Below, in pieces: positions 42,001-53,993 of a stretch of 64,000 nt of DNA. Positions within the stretch are counted from its first letter, which is position 1. Each line of letters opens with the position of its first letter. The notes under the pieces were generated by a model that saw nothing but the letters and a program-made list of their open reading frames with translations, was not told where the DNA came from and did no database searches. The DNA is from an uncultured Aliarcobacter sp. (GTDB lineage Bacteria > Campylobacterota > Campylobacteria > Campylobacterales > Arcobacteraceae). The DNA lies in the NCBI GenBank assembly GCA_963664305.2, contig CAXXLV010000002.1, forward strand, positions 1,568,001 through 1,632,000, read 5' to 3'. Made by a program: the position numbers and the translations under genes.

Positions 42001-43812
42001 TTATAAATAGAATTTTTTAATAAACTCATCACTTACATCAATAATTTTTCTCTCTCTTAAAGACTTAATTACATCTTTTGTACAATCAACATCATCAGGC
42101 CATCTTCTTTTAAAGTTATCATGAGCATTTTTGTCAGTTGCATCTAAACACATTGTATGCCCATCAATAAATAAATCTCTATTTGAATCGATATTATTAC
42201 AAACTCTCCAAACTAACATATAAGAATTAGTTACATCATTTTTTGCACTATCAACTATTATTAAAATTTTGATATGTTCAAATAGTGGTTTTAACTCTTC
42301 AAAAAGATATTTTTGATTTCTAGTTTTTTCTACACTAATTACACAAATTGGATTTTTAGTATCTTTGAAATATTGTTTTAAAGCTTTTACTTCATTTGAA
42401 ATATTTTGCATTTTTGCTAATAATTCATCATCTTCTAAAAGTGTAATTCCAAGTTCAGCAACTTCATCACCAGTACAATCAAGTCCTAGTTTTCCACCAA
42501 CTGCAAATTTTGGAGATGAATGGTCAAGTGCATCTACAACTCCCTTTGAAATTAACATATCTTCAACATTTATTCTATTTAAAATATATTTTGAAATCTC
42601 TTCATGTGAAGTCAGTTCAGGTGCATCTTCATTTACAAAAATCGCATGTTTAACAAAACTCATTTGCCCTACTCCCCAAAATGCATGCATCATTTGACTT
42701 GCATGTCCAGGATAAAGTGTTTTAATTTTTGCAACAATTAGATTATGGAAAACCCCATTTTCAGGCATATAATAATCTATTAAATCAGGAGCCGTTGTTT
42801 TTAATAATGGTAAGAAGATTCTTTCAGTTGCAAATCCCATGTATTTGTCTTCAAGTGGTGGTTTACCAACAACAGTTGCTAAATATGTAGGATTTTTCTT
42901 ACTTGTAATTGCAGTAACTTCTAAGAATGGATACTCTTCTTCAAGTGTATAGTATCCAGTATGGTCTCCAAATGGTCCTTCAATTCTCATTTTTGAAGGG
43001 TCAACAAAACCTTCAATAATAAAATCGTTATCTTTTGGAACATAAATATCATTTGTAATTGATTTAACTAGTTCTGCATTTTTATTTTTTACAAAACCAT
43101 AAAGCATAAGTTCAAAAATTCCTATTGGAAGTGGAGCTTGCCCACACCAAATATACATAGGATCACCTCCTATTCCAATTGATACTGGCATTTTTTTACC
43201 AGCTTTTTTATACTCATGGAAGAAATGATTTGAGTCTTTATGAATTTGCCAGTGCATTCCTAAAGTTTGGTCATCATAAACTTGAAGTCTATACATTCCA
43301 AGGTTTTTTAATTCACCATTTAAAGAAGTTGTGTACACTTGCCCCATTGTAATAAAAGGACCTCCATCTTGTTCCCAAGTTGTAAGTATTGGTAAATCAG
43401 AAAGTTTTGCATCACTTCCTAATTTTATAACTTGTTGGCACTCACCTTTTCCTTTTAATTTTTTAGGAATAGTATTTTTTAGAGCAAATAATTTTCCAAA
43501 AGTAGATAATTTTTCGCTAAAAGTTGTTGGTGGCTTCATTTTTAAAAGCCCTTCAATTTCAGCTCCAATTTTATCCCCATCTCCAATAAAAAGTCTTACT
43601 GCTTCTTCATTACAAAAAACATTCATTAAAACTGGTATATCAAATTTTTTATTATTTTTTTTATCTACAACATTTGTAAATAATAAAGCTTTAGAGTCCT
43701 CTTTTTTTACTTCAATATAAGCAATATGTGGAATTTCTAAATATATATCTAATTCATCATCAATAACTCTTAGCAAATTATTTTTTCTTAATAGTTCAAT
43801 AGCTTCTTTCAT
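42001..43812 (-). CDS. UbiD-family decarboxylase (futalosine menaquinone pathway type)
   Basis: DGGPFIT, NLGMYR, EGPFGDHTGYY, GKPPLED. Confidence 0.9.
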   Translation of the reverse strand: MKEAIELLRKNNLLRVIDDELDIYLEIPHIAYIEVKKEDSKALLFTNVVDKKNNKKFDIPVLMNVFCNEEAVRLFIGDGDKIGAEIEGLLKMKPPTTFSEKLSTFGKLFALKNTIPKKLKGKGECQQVIKLGSDAKLSDLPILTTWEQDGGPFITMGQVYTTSLNGELKNLGMYRLQVYDDQTLGMHWQIHKDSNHFFHEYKKAGKKMPVSIGIGGDPMYIWCGQAPLPIGIFELMLYGFVKNKNAELVKSITNDIYVPKDNDFIIEGFVDPSKMRIEGPFGDHTGYYTLEEEYPFLEVTAITSKKNPTYLATVVGKPPLEDKYMGFATERIFLPLLKTTAPDLIDYYMPENGVFHNLIVAKIKTLYPGHASQMMHAFWGVGQMSFVKHAIFVNEDAPELTSHEEISKYILNRINVEDMLISKGVVDALDHSSPKFAVGGKLGLDCTGDEVAELGITLLEDDELLAKMQNISNEVKALKQYFKDTKNPICVISVEKTRNQKYLFEELKPLFEHIKILIIVDSAKNDVTNSYMLVWRVCNNIDSNRDLFIDGHTMCLDATDKNAHDNFKRRWPDDVDCTKDVIKSLRERKIIDVSDEFIKKFYL

Positions 43813-43902
43813 TTTTCCCTCAAATCTAATTCATCAGTTAATTAAGTTGAAATCTTATATCATTTTATCCATAAAATATAGTTTATAATAGAGGTTTTAA
43901 GT

Positions 43903-45078
43903 ATGCTTAATAATATTGAATATAATTTTGATGAAGAGATAAATAGAAAAAATACAAATTGTGCAAAATATGATGGATTAAAAAAATATTTTGGTTATGA
44001 AGATTTAAATCCACTTTGGGTAGCTGATATGGATTTTAAAACTCCATCATTTATAAATGATGCAATTATAAAAGCAGCTTCTAACTCTTTATATGGTTAT
44101 AGTATTGATACTCCTGAACTTTATGCTTCAATTATCAATTGGCAAAAAAATGAACATGATTGGCAAATTGAGCAACAAGATATTTTTATGATAAATGGAG
44201 TTGTTCCAGCTTATAGTGCTTGTATTGAAGCTTTTAGTGAAATCGGTGATGAAGTTATAGTTCAAACTCCAATTTATCCACCACTTTTTAAATGTGTTAC
44301 TGCAAATGAAAGAAAAGTAGTTGTAAATGAATTAAAAAAAGATGAAAATGGTTATTACACTATGGATTTGGAAGATTTAGAAAAAAAGATAACTTCTAAA
44401 ACAAAGATTCTAGCACTTTGTTCACCACACAATCCAGTTGGTCGTGTTTGGAGTAAAGAGGAACTTGAAAAATTAGCAAACATTTGTATAAAACACAATA
44501 TCATAATAGTTTCAGATGAAATTCATAGTGATATCACTTTTAAAAAGTTTACTCCACTTGCTTCTATTTCAAAAGAGATTGCAAATCAAACAATTACACT
44601 CAATAGTGCTGGAAAAACTTTTAATATAGCAGGGTTAAATTGTGCATATGCAATAAGTAAAAATGAAGAAATTTTAAATAAATTTAAAAAAATCGCAATT
44701 AAAAGAGAGATAAATTCAATTAATTTTTTTGGTTATGTTTCAACAAAAGCAGCATATGAAAATGGTTCATTATTTGTTAAAGAATTAAAAAAATATATCA
44801 TGAATAATATTTTATTTACAAAAGATTTTATAAATAAAAATGAACTAAAAATCAATTTTTTTGTACCTGAAGCAACTTATTTATTATGGTTAGATTTTTC
44901 AAAAACAAATTTATCTCATAATGAAATAAAAGATAAGCTACTTACAAAGTCTAAAATAGCCCTAAATGATGGTGTTTCTTTTGGTAGCAATGGAAATAAA
45001 TATTTTAGATTAAATACAGCATTAAGTCAGAATGCCCTAAAAATAGCCTTAGAACAATTATCTAAAGAGTTTAAATAA
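43903..45078 (+). CDS. PatB/MalY-family PLP cystathionine beta-lyase
   Basis: LWVADMDF, CSPHNPVGR, SDEIH, KTFNIAGL. Confidence 0.92.
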   Translation: MLNNIEYNFDEEINRKNTNCAKYDGLKKYFGYEDLNPLWVADMDFKTPSFINDAIIKAASNSLYGYSIDTPELYASIINWQKNEHDWQIEQQDIFMINGVVPAYSACIEAFSEIGDEVIVQTPIYPPLFKCVTANERKVVVNELKKDENGYYTMDLEDLEKKITSKTKILALCSPHNPVGRVWSKEELEKLANICIKHNIIIVSDEIHSDITFKKFTPLASISKEIANQTITLNSAGKTFNIAGLNCAYAISKNEEILNKFKKIAIKREINSINFFGYVSTKAAYENGSLFVKELKKYIMNNILFTKDFINKNELKINFFVPEATYLLWLDFSKTNLSHNEIKDKLLTKSKIALNDGVSFGSNGNKYFRLNTALSQNALKIALEQLSKEFK

Positions 45079-45208
45079 AGACAAATAAGTAAAGTATTAC
45101 ATTTTTTCTCACTATTTCTATAATACTTTAGAAATAGGGAAAAAACTTTATTATGTATTCTAAAATAGTGTACAATCATTTAATAATATTAATAAATAGG
45201 GAAATAAA

Positions 45209-45571
45209 ATGTCAACTGAATTAATATTGGCTTCTGTAATTTTTGTTTCTATCGGACTTATTCTTTCTGGTGTATTTGTTTTAACTAGATTTATTGGTCC
45301 TAAAAATGAAAAATCAGAAATAAAAAATAGTGTTTACGAAAGTGGTATTACTAATCCTGTTGGAAATACAAATATCAGATTTTCTGTAAAATTTTATTTA
45401 GTTGCCATTTCCTTTTTATTATTTGATGTGGAAATCGTTTTTATGTTTCCTTGGGCTGTAAATGTTGCTGAATTAGGATATTATGGACTATTCAAAATGT
45501 TTATATTTATGGGATTGTTATTCGCAGGTTTAATTTATATCTATAAGAAAAAGGCGCTATCATGGGATTAG
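45209..45571 (+). CDS. nuoA: NADH-quinone oxidoreductase subunit A
   Basis: YESG, FLLFDVE, PWA. Confidence 0.95.
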   Translation: MSTELILASVIFVSIGLILSGVFVLTRFIGPKNEKSEIKNSVYESGITNPVGNTNIRFSVKFYLVAISFLLFDVEIVFMFPWAVNVAELGYYGLFKMFIFMGLLFAGLIYIYKKKALSWD

Positions 45572-46077
45572 GAGTTGAGTCGAAACTTGGTGATTCTATT
45601 GTTACAACTAGACTTGATCACGCTATAAACTGGGGAAGATCATATTCTTTATGGCCAATGGCATTTGGTACTGCTTGTTGTGGTATTGAATTTATGGCAG
45701 TTGCGGGTTCTAAATATGATTTATCTAGATTTGGGGCAGAAGTTGTAAGATTTTCTCCAAGACAAGCGGATTTATTAATAGTTGCGGGAACAATTTCATA
45801 TAAACAAGCACCTATTTTAAAAAAAATCTATGAACAAATGTGCGAACCTAAATGGGTTATCTCAATGGGAGCTTGTGCTTGTAGTGGCGGATTTTATGAT
45901 AATTATACAACTGTTCAAGGAATTGATCAAATCATTCCAGTAGATGAATATATTGCAGGTTGTCCTCCTCGTCCAGAAGCAGTACTTGATGCTATTATGA
46001 GAATTCAAGAAAAAGCAAAAGATGAATCAATTTTAAAAGATAGAGTCAAAGATTATAAAGGATTTTTAGATGTTTAA
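45562..46077 (+). CDS. nuoB: NADH-quinone oxidoreductase subunit B
   Basis: ACCGIE, SPRQAD, GCPPRPE. Confidence 0.97.
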   Translation: MGLGVESKLGDSIVTTRLDHAINWGRSYSLWPMAFGTACCGIEFMAVAGSKYDLSRFGAEVVRFSPRQADLLIVAGTISYKQAPILKKIYEQMCEPKWVISMGACACSGGFYDNYTTVQGIDQIIPVDEYIAGCPPRPEAVLDAIMRIQEKAKDESILKDRVKDYKGFLDV

Positions 46078-47704
46078 TTGTGATATGTTAATCGATTCTA
46101 AAGATTTAAAATCGACTATTTCTAAACTTAAAAATGATGAAAATTACACAATATTACTTGATATTACTGCTGTAGATTATTCAAAATATCCAGATGTTAC
46201 ACCTTCTAGATTTGCTGTAGTTTATATTTTAAGAGATTCAACTTTTAAAAAACAAATTTCTATCAAATCTTTTGTAAATGATGAAACTTTAGAAATAGAT
46301 TCCCTTTGTGATTTATATGAATCTGCAAATTGGGGAGAAAGAGAAACTTATGACCAATATGGAATAAAATTTGTTGGTCATCCTAATTTAAAAAGAGTTT
46401 TAAACCATCATCAATTTGTTGGTCATCCTCTAAGAAAAGATTATGAAACTACAAAAGGTCAAATCTGTACTAATACTGAAGATTTGATGGATGAAATGTT
46501 ACCTTTACTAAAATCTAAAGGTTATGATGATGAAGAGATAAAAGATTTAATGCTTTTAAATGTTGGACCTTCTCATCCAGCATCACATGGAACAATTAGA
46601 AATTTTGTTGCTATGGAAGGTGAAACAATTACAGCTTGTATAACTGAAATTGGATATTTACATAGAGGTTTTGAAAAATCTTGTGAAAATCATACATATT
46701 CTCAAATCATTCCATATACAGATAGATTAAACTATTGTAGTGCAATTTTAAACAATATTGGTTATTCAAAAGCTGTTGAAGAGATGCTTGGAATTGATAT
46801 AACTCCAAGAGCCAAAATGATTAGAATAGTTATTGGGGAACTAAGTAGAATTATCGACCACCTTGTTTGTAATGCAGCAAATATGGTTGACCTTGGTGGA
46901 CTAACAAACTTTTGGTATCTATTTGCACCAAGAGATAAAGCTTATGAATTATTATCAAAATTAACAGGTGCAAGACTTACAAATACTTACACTAGAATTG
47001 GTGGTTTAGAATTTGATTTATATGATGGATTTAGTGAAGATTTATTCGAAGTCTTAAAAGATGTTGAAACTGCAATAGATGATGCATTATCACTAATCGC
47101 TCATAATAAAATCTTTTTAGATAGAACTCAAGATGTAGGTGTTATAAAAGCAGATTTTGCACTAAGAAATGGAATATCAGGACCAAATTTAAGAGCTGCT
47201 GGTGTTGCTCATGATTTAAGAAAAGACAAACCATATTATGGTTATGAAAACTTTGATTTTGATATGGTAATTGGAAGCCATGGTGATGTTTATGACAGAA
47301 TGATGTGTAGATTTGAAGAGATGAAACAATCTATTAGAATTATTAAACAAGCTATGAAAAATCTTCCTGATGGTGATATAAATGTTAATGCTCCAGGAGT
47401 ATTACTTCCTTCAAAAAAAGATGTTTATGGAAATATTGAAGGTTTAATGAATCAATTTAAACTTACATTTGAAGGAATTCATGTACCAAAAGGTGAATAC
47501 TATTCTTCAACAGAAGCTGCAAATGGAGAGTTAGGATTTTTTATAGTTAGTGATGGAAGTGGAAAACCTTATAAAGTAAAATGTAGACCACCATGTTTTT
47601 ATTCATTAGCTGCTTATTCAAAAATTGTTGAAGGTGGAATGCTTGCTGATGCAGTTGTAACAATGGCAAGTATGAATTTTATTGCAGGGGAGTTTGATAG
47701 ATAA
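46070..47704 (+). CDS. nuoCD: Fused NuoC/D
   Basis: ERETYD...GHPLRKD (C) then [20 protein letters not shown] (D). Confidence 0.95.
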   Translation: MFNCDMLIDSKDLKSTISKLKNDENYTILLDITAVDYSKYPDVTPSRFAVVYILRDSTFKKQISIKSFVNDETLEIDSLCDLYESANWGERETYDQYGIKFVGHPNLKRVLNHHQFVGHPLRKDYETTKGQICTNTEDLMDEMLPLLKSKGYDDEEIKDLMLLNVGPSHPASHGTIRNFVAMEGETITACITEIGYLHRGFEKSCENHTYSQIIPYTDRLNYCSAILNNIGYSKAVEEMLGIDITPRAKMIRIVIGELSRIIDHLVCNAANMVDLGGLTNFWYLFAPRDKAYELLSKLTGARLTNTYTRIGGLEFDLYDGFSEDLFEVLKDVETAIDDALSLIAHNKIFLDRTQDVGVIKADFALRNGISGPNLRAAGVAHDLRKDKPYYGYENFDFDMVIGSHGDVYDRMMCRFEEMKQSIRIIKQAMKNLPDGDINVNAPGVLLPSKKDVYGNIEGLMNQFKLTFEGIHVPKGEYYSSTEAANGELGFFIVSDGSGKPYKVKCRPPCFYSLAAYSKIVEGGMLADAVVTMASMNFIAGEFDR

Positions 47705-48189
47705 TGAATACATTTGAATACACACCTGAAAATGAAATAAAATTTCAAGAATATGTATCAAGATATCCAAAAATTGATTCTTGTATGTTACCTGCACTTT
47801 GGTTAGTTCAAGAGCAAATTGGATGGATAAGTCCTGAAGCTATGATTTATGTGGCAGAAAAACTTGGTAAAACTCCTATTCAAGTATATGAAGTTGCAAC
47901 TTTTTATACAATGTTTAACTTAAAACCAATAGGAAAGTATCATATTGAACTTTGTAAAACTGTCTCTTGTATGTTATGTGGTAGCCGTGAATTAAAAAAA
48001 CATATAAAAGAAACTATAGGAATAGATGCTGGTCAAACAAGTGACGATGGATTATTCACACTAACTGAAGTTGAATGTCTTGGAGCTTGTGGTGGGGCGC
48101 CTATGTTTGCATTAAATGGAGAGTATCACGAAAAATTAACTAAAGAAAAAGTTGATGAGCTTATAAAGGAGTGTAGAAATGATAACTAA
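47704..48189 (+). CDS. nuoE: NADH-quinone oxidoreductase subunit E
   Basis: VATFY, CKTVSC, ECLGAC. Confidence 0.95.
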   Translation: MNTFEYTPENEIKFQEYVSRYPKIDSCMLPALWLVQEQIGWISPEAMIYVAEKLGKTPIQVYEVATFYTMFNLKPIGKYHIELCKTVSCMLCGSRELKKHIKETIGIDAGQTSDDGLFTLTEVECLGACGGAPMFALNGEYHEKLTKEKVDELIKECRNDN

Positions 48190-49429
48190 AATTGTAAGTA
48201 AAAATTTTGACATTCCAAATTCACATAAGCTTGAAGTAGCTCTTGCAAATGGTAGATACTCTTCTATAGATAAATTATTTTCAATGACTCCTGATGAAGT
48301 TACTGCTGAAGTGACAAAATCAGGCCTTAGAGGAAAAGGTGGTGGTGGAGCTCCATGTGGACCTAAATGGGAGCTAATGCCTCCAGTTGATGAACGTCCT
48401 AGATATTTAATAGTAAATGGTGATGAAAGTGAGCCTGGAACTTTTAAAGATAGACAAATTTTTCAATATGACCCTCATCTTTTAATTGAGGGTATTATTT
48501 GTACATGTTATGCAATTAGTGCACACCATGCTTATATCTATATAAGAGGTGAATATAAATTCTTTATTGATAGAGTAAATGCAGCTATAAAAGAAGCCTA
48601 TGAAGCTGGAATAATTGGGGATAAAATCATGAATAAATATGATTTTAAACTTGATATTACTGTTCATAGAGGAGGAGGTGCATATATTTGTGGTGAAAAA
48701 TCTGCACTAATTGAATCACTTGAAGGAAAACGTGGACATCCAAGACTTAAACCACATGGAAAAGAGTGTGAATGGTTCTTTGATAATCCTGCAACTGTTA
48801 ATAATGTAGAAACTATATCTTCTGTTCCAAATATTGTAGAAAATGGAGCACAAGGTTACACAAAATATGGAACAGAAAAATCACCAGGAACAATGCTATT
48901 TGCTATTTCAGGACCAGTTAATAATCCTGGTGTTTATGAAATGGCATATGGTAATAAAATGATAGATTTTCTTAACATTCTAGGTGGTGGAATGAAAGAA
49001 GGAAAAAAATTAAAAGCAATTATCCCAGGAGGTTCATCTTGTCCTATACTAACCGCTTCTGAAGTAGAAAAGGCAGTATTAGACTATGAATCAATGTGGG
49101 ATATTGGTTCAACTTTAGGTACAGGAGGAATGATAGTAATTGATGAAGATACATCTATGGTTGATGTAGCAAAAAATATTATAGAATTTTATCACCATGA
49201 GTCTTGCGGTCAATGTACACCTTGTAGAGAGGGTACAGGATGGATAGATAAGATTTTGAAAAAAATCTTAAGTGGCGATGCTTCAAATGAAGATTTAAAA
49301 ACTATACTTGATGTTTGTAATACTATGAATGGAAAAACAATTTGTGTTTTTGCACCAGCAGTAAAAGATATCATTTCAAGTATTATTAAAAAATTCCCAG
49401 ACGAATTTAAAACATATTTAAAAAACTAA
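48179..49429 (+). CDS. nuoF: NADH-quinone oxidoreductase subunit F
   Basis: GLRGKGGGG, NGDESEPG, YICGE, SCGQCTPCREG. Confidence 0.97.
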   Translation: MITKIVSKNFDIPNSHKLEVALANGRYSSIDKLFSMTPDEVTAEVTKSGLRGKGGGGAPCGPKWELMPPVDERPRYLIVNGDESEPGTFKDRQIFQYDPHLLIEGIICTCYAISAHHAYIYIRGEYKFFIDRVNAAIKEAYEAGIIGDKIMNKYDFKLDITVHRGGGAYICGEKSALIESLEGKRGHPRLKPHGKECEWFFDNPATVNNVETISSVPNIVENGAQGYTKYGTEKSPGTMLFAISGPVNNPGVYEMAYGNKMIDFLNILGGGMKEGKKLKAIIPGGSSCPILTASEVEKAVLDYESMWDIGSTLGTGGMIVIDEDTSMVDVAKNIIEFYHHESCGQCTPCREGTGWIDKILKKILSGDASNEDLKTILDVCNTMNGKTICVFAPAVKDIISSIIKKFPDEFKTYLKN

Positions 49430-49460
49430 AATTTAATTTATTTATAGGAGAAAAGAAATA

Positions 49461-50747
49461 ATGGCAAAAAATACAATGACGTTGACAGACAATAGAAATG
49501 GTAAATCATATGAGTATAATATTATTGATGGTACAAGAGGACCAAGCGTAGTAGATATCTCTACTTTTTATAAAGATTCAGGTATGTTCACTTATGACCC
49601 AGGTTATACTTCAACTGCATCTTGTGAATCAAAAATCACATTTATTGATGGTGAAAATTCAGAGTTAAGATATAGAGGATATGACATTGCTGATTTAGCT
49701 GGAAAACACTCTTTCTTAGATGTTTCTTATTTATTAATGAGAGGAAAACTTCCAACTCCAGAAGCTTCTAAAAACTTTGATTTAGAAATTAGACATAGAT
49801 CTTTCTTAAATGAAGGTATCATTAGATTATTTGATGCATTACCAGATGGTGCACACCCAATGGCAACTATGGGAGCAGCAACTATGGCACTTGCAGCATT
49901 CTATAAAGATCACTTACATTTAGAAGATGAAGAACAATTCAAAATGATGAGAAGAAGAATCTTAGCTAAAATGCCAGTAATTGCTGCTATGGCTTATAGA
50001 AATTCAATTGGTACTCCACTAATTTACCCAGATGTAAATAGATATTTCACTGAAAACTTCTTATATATGTTAAGAGCATATCCAGGTGGAAGAATGAAAT
50101 ATTTAGGTGATGGAAAAAATGATGAAATCAAACAAGTTGAAATTGATGCATTAGATGCAATCTTAACTTTACATGCTGACCACGAACAAAATGCTTCTAC
50201 AACAACGGTAAGAAACGTTGGTTCAACAGAAGCTCACCCTTATGTTGCTATCGCATCTGGTATTTCTGCATTATGGGGATCAGCTCACGGTGGTGCTAAT
50301 GAAAAAGTTATGGATCAATTAAAATTAATTGGTGATGTTAAAAATGTTCCTACTTATATTGCAAAAGCAAAAGATAAGAATGATCCATTTAGATTAATGG
50401 GATTCGGACACAGAGTTTATAAAAACAGAGATCCAAGAGCTGAAACATTAAAAGGATTACAAGATAAATTAAGAGAAGAATTAAAACTTGACTCTAAATT
50501 ACTTGATATTGCTGCTGCTGTTGAAGAAGCTGCGTTAAATGATGATTACTTCAAACAAAGAGGTTTATATCCAAATATTGACTTCTATTCTGGTGTAATT
50601 TTAACTGCACTTAAAATTCCTGTTGAAATGTTTACTCCAATCTTCGTTATTGGTAGAACTCCAGGATGGTTAGCACAATGGTCTGAATTAAAACAAGATC
50701 CTAAACATAAAATTGCTAGACCAAGACAATTATATACAGGGAACTAA
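49461..50747 (+). CDS. gltA: Citrate synthase
   Basis: HADHEQNAST, AHGGAN, GFGHRVY, PNIDFYSG. Confidence 0.97.
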   Translation: MAKNTMTLTDNRNGKSYEYNIIDGTRGPSVVDISTFYKDSGMFTYDPGYTSTASCESKITFIDGENSELRYRGYDIADLAGKHSFLDVSYLLMRGKLPTPEASKNFDLEIRHRSFLNEGIIRLFDALPDGAHPMATMGAATMALAAFYKDHLHLEDEEQFKMMRRRILAKMPVIAAMAYRNSIGTPLIYPDVNRYFTENFLYMLRAYPGGRMKYLGDGKNDEIKQVEIDALDAILTLHADHEQNASTTTVRNVGSTEAHPYVAIASGISALWGSAHGGANEKVMDQLKLIGDVKNVPTYIAKAKDKNDPFRLMGFGHRVYKNRDPRAETLKGLQDKLREELKLDSKLLDIAAAVEEAALNDDYFKQRGLYPNIDFYSGVILTALKIPVEMFTPIFVIGRTPGWLAQWSELKQDPKHKIARPRQLYTGN

Positions 50748-50783
50748 GAAAAACAAAAAACTCAAAAGTTTAAGGGGATATTT

Positions 50784-52220
50784 ATGGCTGAGATGGTTAA
50801 TATTACAATCAATGGCATACAAATGCAAGCTACAAAAGGTAGCTTGTTGATTGATAAATTACTGGATGAGAATGTTCATATCCCTCACTTTTGCTATCAT
50901 CAAGCATTAGGTAAAGATGGAAACTGTAGAATGTGTATGGTTGAAATCGAAGGTCAAAAAAGACCACAAATTGCCTGTGACACTCCTATAAAAGATGGGA
51001 TGATTGTAAGAACAAAAGGTGAGAATATCGAGAAAGTAAGACGAGAAATTCTTGAACTTGAACTTATAAATCATCCTATTGATTGTCCAACTTGTGACCA
51101 AGCTGGAGAATGTAAACTACAAGATTACTACATGGAATCTGGATTTTATGAATCAAGAATAAATGTAAATTCTAAAAATCATGCAAGAAAAAGAGTTGAT
51201 ATTGGCTCTAATGTAATGTTAGACCAAGAAAGATGTGTACTTTGTACAAGATGTGTTAGATTTTGTTCAGATATAACAAAAACAAATGAATTAGGTGTTA
51301 TAAGTCGTGCTGATCATTCAGTTATTGGAATTTTTCCAGGGCGACCTCTAAATAATCCATATGCCATGAATGTTATTGATTTATGTCCTGTTGGTGCTTT
51401 AACAAATAAAGATTTTAGATTTAAACAAAGAGTTTGGTTCTTAGAAACTTTTGATGCAATTTGTAATGGGTGTTCAAAAGGTTGTAATATTTTTGTTGAC
51501 CATAGAAAAGAAAAATATAAAGATGACCAAATTTTTAGATTTAGACCAAGAGTAAATAGAGCAATAAATGGTTGGTTTATATGTGACGAAGGAAGATTAT
51601 CTTACTCAAAAGAAAACGATAAAAGATTTGAAACTCCTTTAGTTAATAAAAATATATCTGATATAAATTCAACTATTGCAAATATTTTTAAAGAATTAAC
51701 TACAAATAAAAATATCCTAATGGTATTAAGTGCAAATCTTTCTTATGAAGAAATGTTAAATTTAAAAAATTTAGCAACAAAATTAAATATAAATTTATCA
51801 GGATATTCACCAAATACATTTGATGAAAATTTTGGTGATGATTATTTAAGACAAAAAGACAAAACATCAAATAGAGCTTCTTTTAAAGAACTAGAAATTG
51901 ATGAAACAAAAGAATTTTTTGAAAATAGTTTAAACAATGCTACTTTAGTAGTTATAATAGAAAATGATTTTTTTGAGAATAATACAAAATTATTAGAAAA
52001 TAAAAAAGTTATCTCTTTTTTTAGTCATTTATGTATGACTATTGGTTATTCAAATATTGCTGTTCCTCTTGCTTCATTTTATGAAAAATCTGGAACTTAT
52101 ATAAATTGTGATGGGATTAAACAAAAAGTTATTTCAAAAATGAATAAAAATAATCCAATGCAAACTATAACTACAATTATAGAAAATTTGAAATCTATGA
52201 TTGAAAAAGGAACTCTATGA
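50784..52220 (+). CDS. nuoG: NuoG (short form)
   Basis: PHFCY...CRMC, NHPIDCPTCDQAGEC, CVLCTRC. Confidence 0.93.
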   Translation: MAEMVNITINGIQMQATKGSLLIDKLLDENVHIPHFCYHQALGKDGNCRMCMVEIEGQKRPQIACDTPIKDGMIVRTKGENIEKVRREILELELINHPIDCPTCDQAGECKLQDYYMESGFYESRINVNSKNHARKRVDIGSNVMLDQERCVLCTRCVRFCSDITKTNELGVISRADHSVIGIFPGRPLNNPYAMNVIDLCPVGALTNKDFRFKQRVWFLETFDAICNGCSKGCNIFVDHRKEKYKDDQIFRFRPRVNRAINGWFICDEGRLSYSKENDKRFETPLVNKNISDINSTIANIFKELTTNKNILMVLSANLSYEEMLNLKNLATKLNINLSGYSPNTFDENFGDDYLRQKDKTSNRASFKELEIDETKEFFENSLNNATLVVIIENDFFENNTKLLENKKVISFFSHLCMTIGYSNIAVPLASFYEKSGTYINCDGIKQKVISKMNKNNPMQTITTIIENLKSMIEKGTL

Positions 52221-53491
52221 GTAGCACAATTATAATTATAGTAAATATTGTAATAGCTGCATTATTAGCAGTTGGATTGACACCTTTGTTTGTTTGGTGG
52301 GAAAGAAGAGTTTCAGGATTTATGCAAGATAGAAGTGGACCAAATAGATGTAATATCGGTCCTTTTAGATTAGGTGGATTAATTCAAAGTTTTGCAGATA
52401 TGCTAAAGCTTGTTTTTAAAGAAGATTTTACCCCTTCTCATATTAGATATAAATTTTTCTTTACAGTTGCTCCAGTAATTGTATTTTTATGTTCTTTTTT
52501 AACTTTTGCAGTTATTCCATTTGCTGATGTTTTGGTTATTGATGGAAAAGAAAATATTATGCAAGCAATTCCAAATGAACTTGGAATTATGTGGTTTATA
52601 GCATTTGCTGGACTTAGTGTTTATGGAATAATTCTTGGAGGTTACTCATCAGGAAGTAAATATGGACTTTTAGGTTCAATAAGAGCTAGTGCACAAGTTA
52701 TTTCATATGAAGCAGCTATGGGACTTGCAATTATTTCTATGATTATTTCTTATGGTTCAATTCATTTAACTGATATGGTAAATGCTCAAAGTGGAACATA
52801 TTTAGGATTTATTCCAATGTGGGGAATTTTTATTCAACCACTAGCAGCAGTTATTTTTATAGTTTGTGCATTTGCAGAAACAAATAGAGCACCTTTTGAC
52901 TTAGCAGAGGGAGAATCAGAATTAGTTGCAGGTTATCATACAGAATATAGTGCAATGAAATTTGGTCTTTTCCAAGTTGGTGAATATGCTGCAATGAGTG
53001 CTTCAAGTGCATTAATTGTAACTCTGTTTTTCGGAGGATATCAAGTCCCTTGGTTAGATACTCACCAAATACAAAGTAATATAAATTATGTCATTTTAGC
53101 AATTATTATAATTCTTCCTTTAAAAATTTTCTTCTTTACAAGATGGATGAAAAAAAACAATAAAGCAATAGGTGAAAATAAAAGTAGAGAAAAAGAGACT
53201 AAAATCTTAACTATTTCATTTTGGTTTATTTGTGTAATTATAGTTGCTCTTTTAATTTCATTTTTACTTACAGGATTAGGTTCAAATGGAGTAAATATTA
53301 CAACTGCAGTAATTCAAGTAGGAACTTTTTTAATCAAGTTTTTTATGATGGCATTTGTTTATATTTGGGTAAGATGGACTGTTTTAAGATTTAGATATGA
53401 CCAATTACAGATGTTGGGTTGGAAAGTTTTAATTCCATTAGCTCTTTTAAATATCGTAGTTACTGCGATTATAGTTGTAGTAGGAAAATAA
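52217..53491 (+). CDS. nuoH: NuoH (elongated)
   Basis: ERR...QDRSGP, AETNRAPFDL, RFRYDQL. Confidence 0.95.
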   Translation: MSSTIIIIVNIVIAALLAVGLTPLFVWWERRVSGFMQDRSGPNRCNIGPFRLGGLIQSFADMLKLVFKEDFTPSHIRYKFFFTVAPVIVFLCSFLTFAVIPFADVLVIDGKENIMQAIPNELGIMWFIAFAGLSVYGIILGGYSSGSKYGLLGSIRASAQVISYEAAMGLAIISMIISYGSIHLTDMVNAQSGTYLGFIPMWGIFIQPLAAVIFIVCAFAETNRAPFDLAEGESELVAGYHTEYSAMKFGLFQVGEYAAMSASSALIVTLFFGGYQVPWLDTHQIQSNINYVILAIIIILPLKIFFFTRWMKKNNKAIGENKSREKETKILTISFWFICVIIVALLISFLLTGLGSNGVNITTAVIQVGTFLIKFFMMAFVYIWVRWTVLRFRYDQLQMLGWKVLIPLALLNIVVTAIIVVVGK

Positions 53492-53492
53492 G

Positions 53493-53993
53493 ATGGCAAT
53501 AAAAGTAGTACCAAGATATGGAAAATCATTTAAAGATAAATTATACTTACCTGCAATTGCAGGAGGAATGAAAACAACTTTCAAACATTTCATAAAAAAT
53601 CTAAGTGATATTGATAATTTAAAAACTATGCAATATCCAGAAGTTCAACCAACTGATTTAAATGAAAGATATAGAGGTGTTCATAGGCTCACAAAATTTG
53701 ATGATGGAACAGAAAAATGTGTTGCTTGTTATATGTGTGCAACGGCATGTCCTGCTGAATGTATTTTTATTGAAGCAGAAGAGAGATTTGATGAACATAA
53801 TGAAAAAAGACCAAAAGAGTTTAAAATTGATTTATTAGAGTGTGTATTTTGTGGATATTGTGTTGAAGCTTGTCCATGTGATGCAATTAGAATGGATACA
53901 GGAATTTTTTCATTTACAGGTTCTAAAAGAGAAGATTTTGTTTTAGATAAAAAAGCTTTAATGGCTAATGAAAGAGCAAAGGATTTGGAATAA
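53493..53993 (+). CDS. nuoI: NuoI
   Basis: CVACYMCATACP, CVFCGYCVEACP. Confidence 0.95.
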   Translation: MAIKVVPRYGKSFKDKLYLPAIAGGMKTTFKHFIKNLSDIDNLKTMQYPEVQPTDLNERYRGVHRLTKFDDGTEKCVACYMCATACPAECIFIEAEERFDEHNEKRPKEFKIDLLECVFCGYCVEACPCDAIRMDTGIFSFTGSKREDFVLDKKALMANERAKDLE

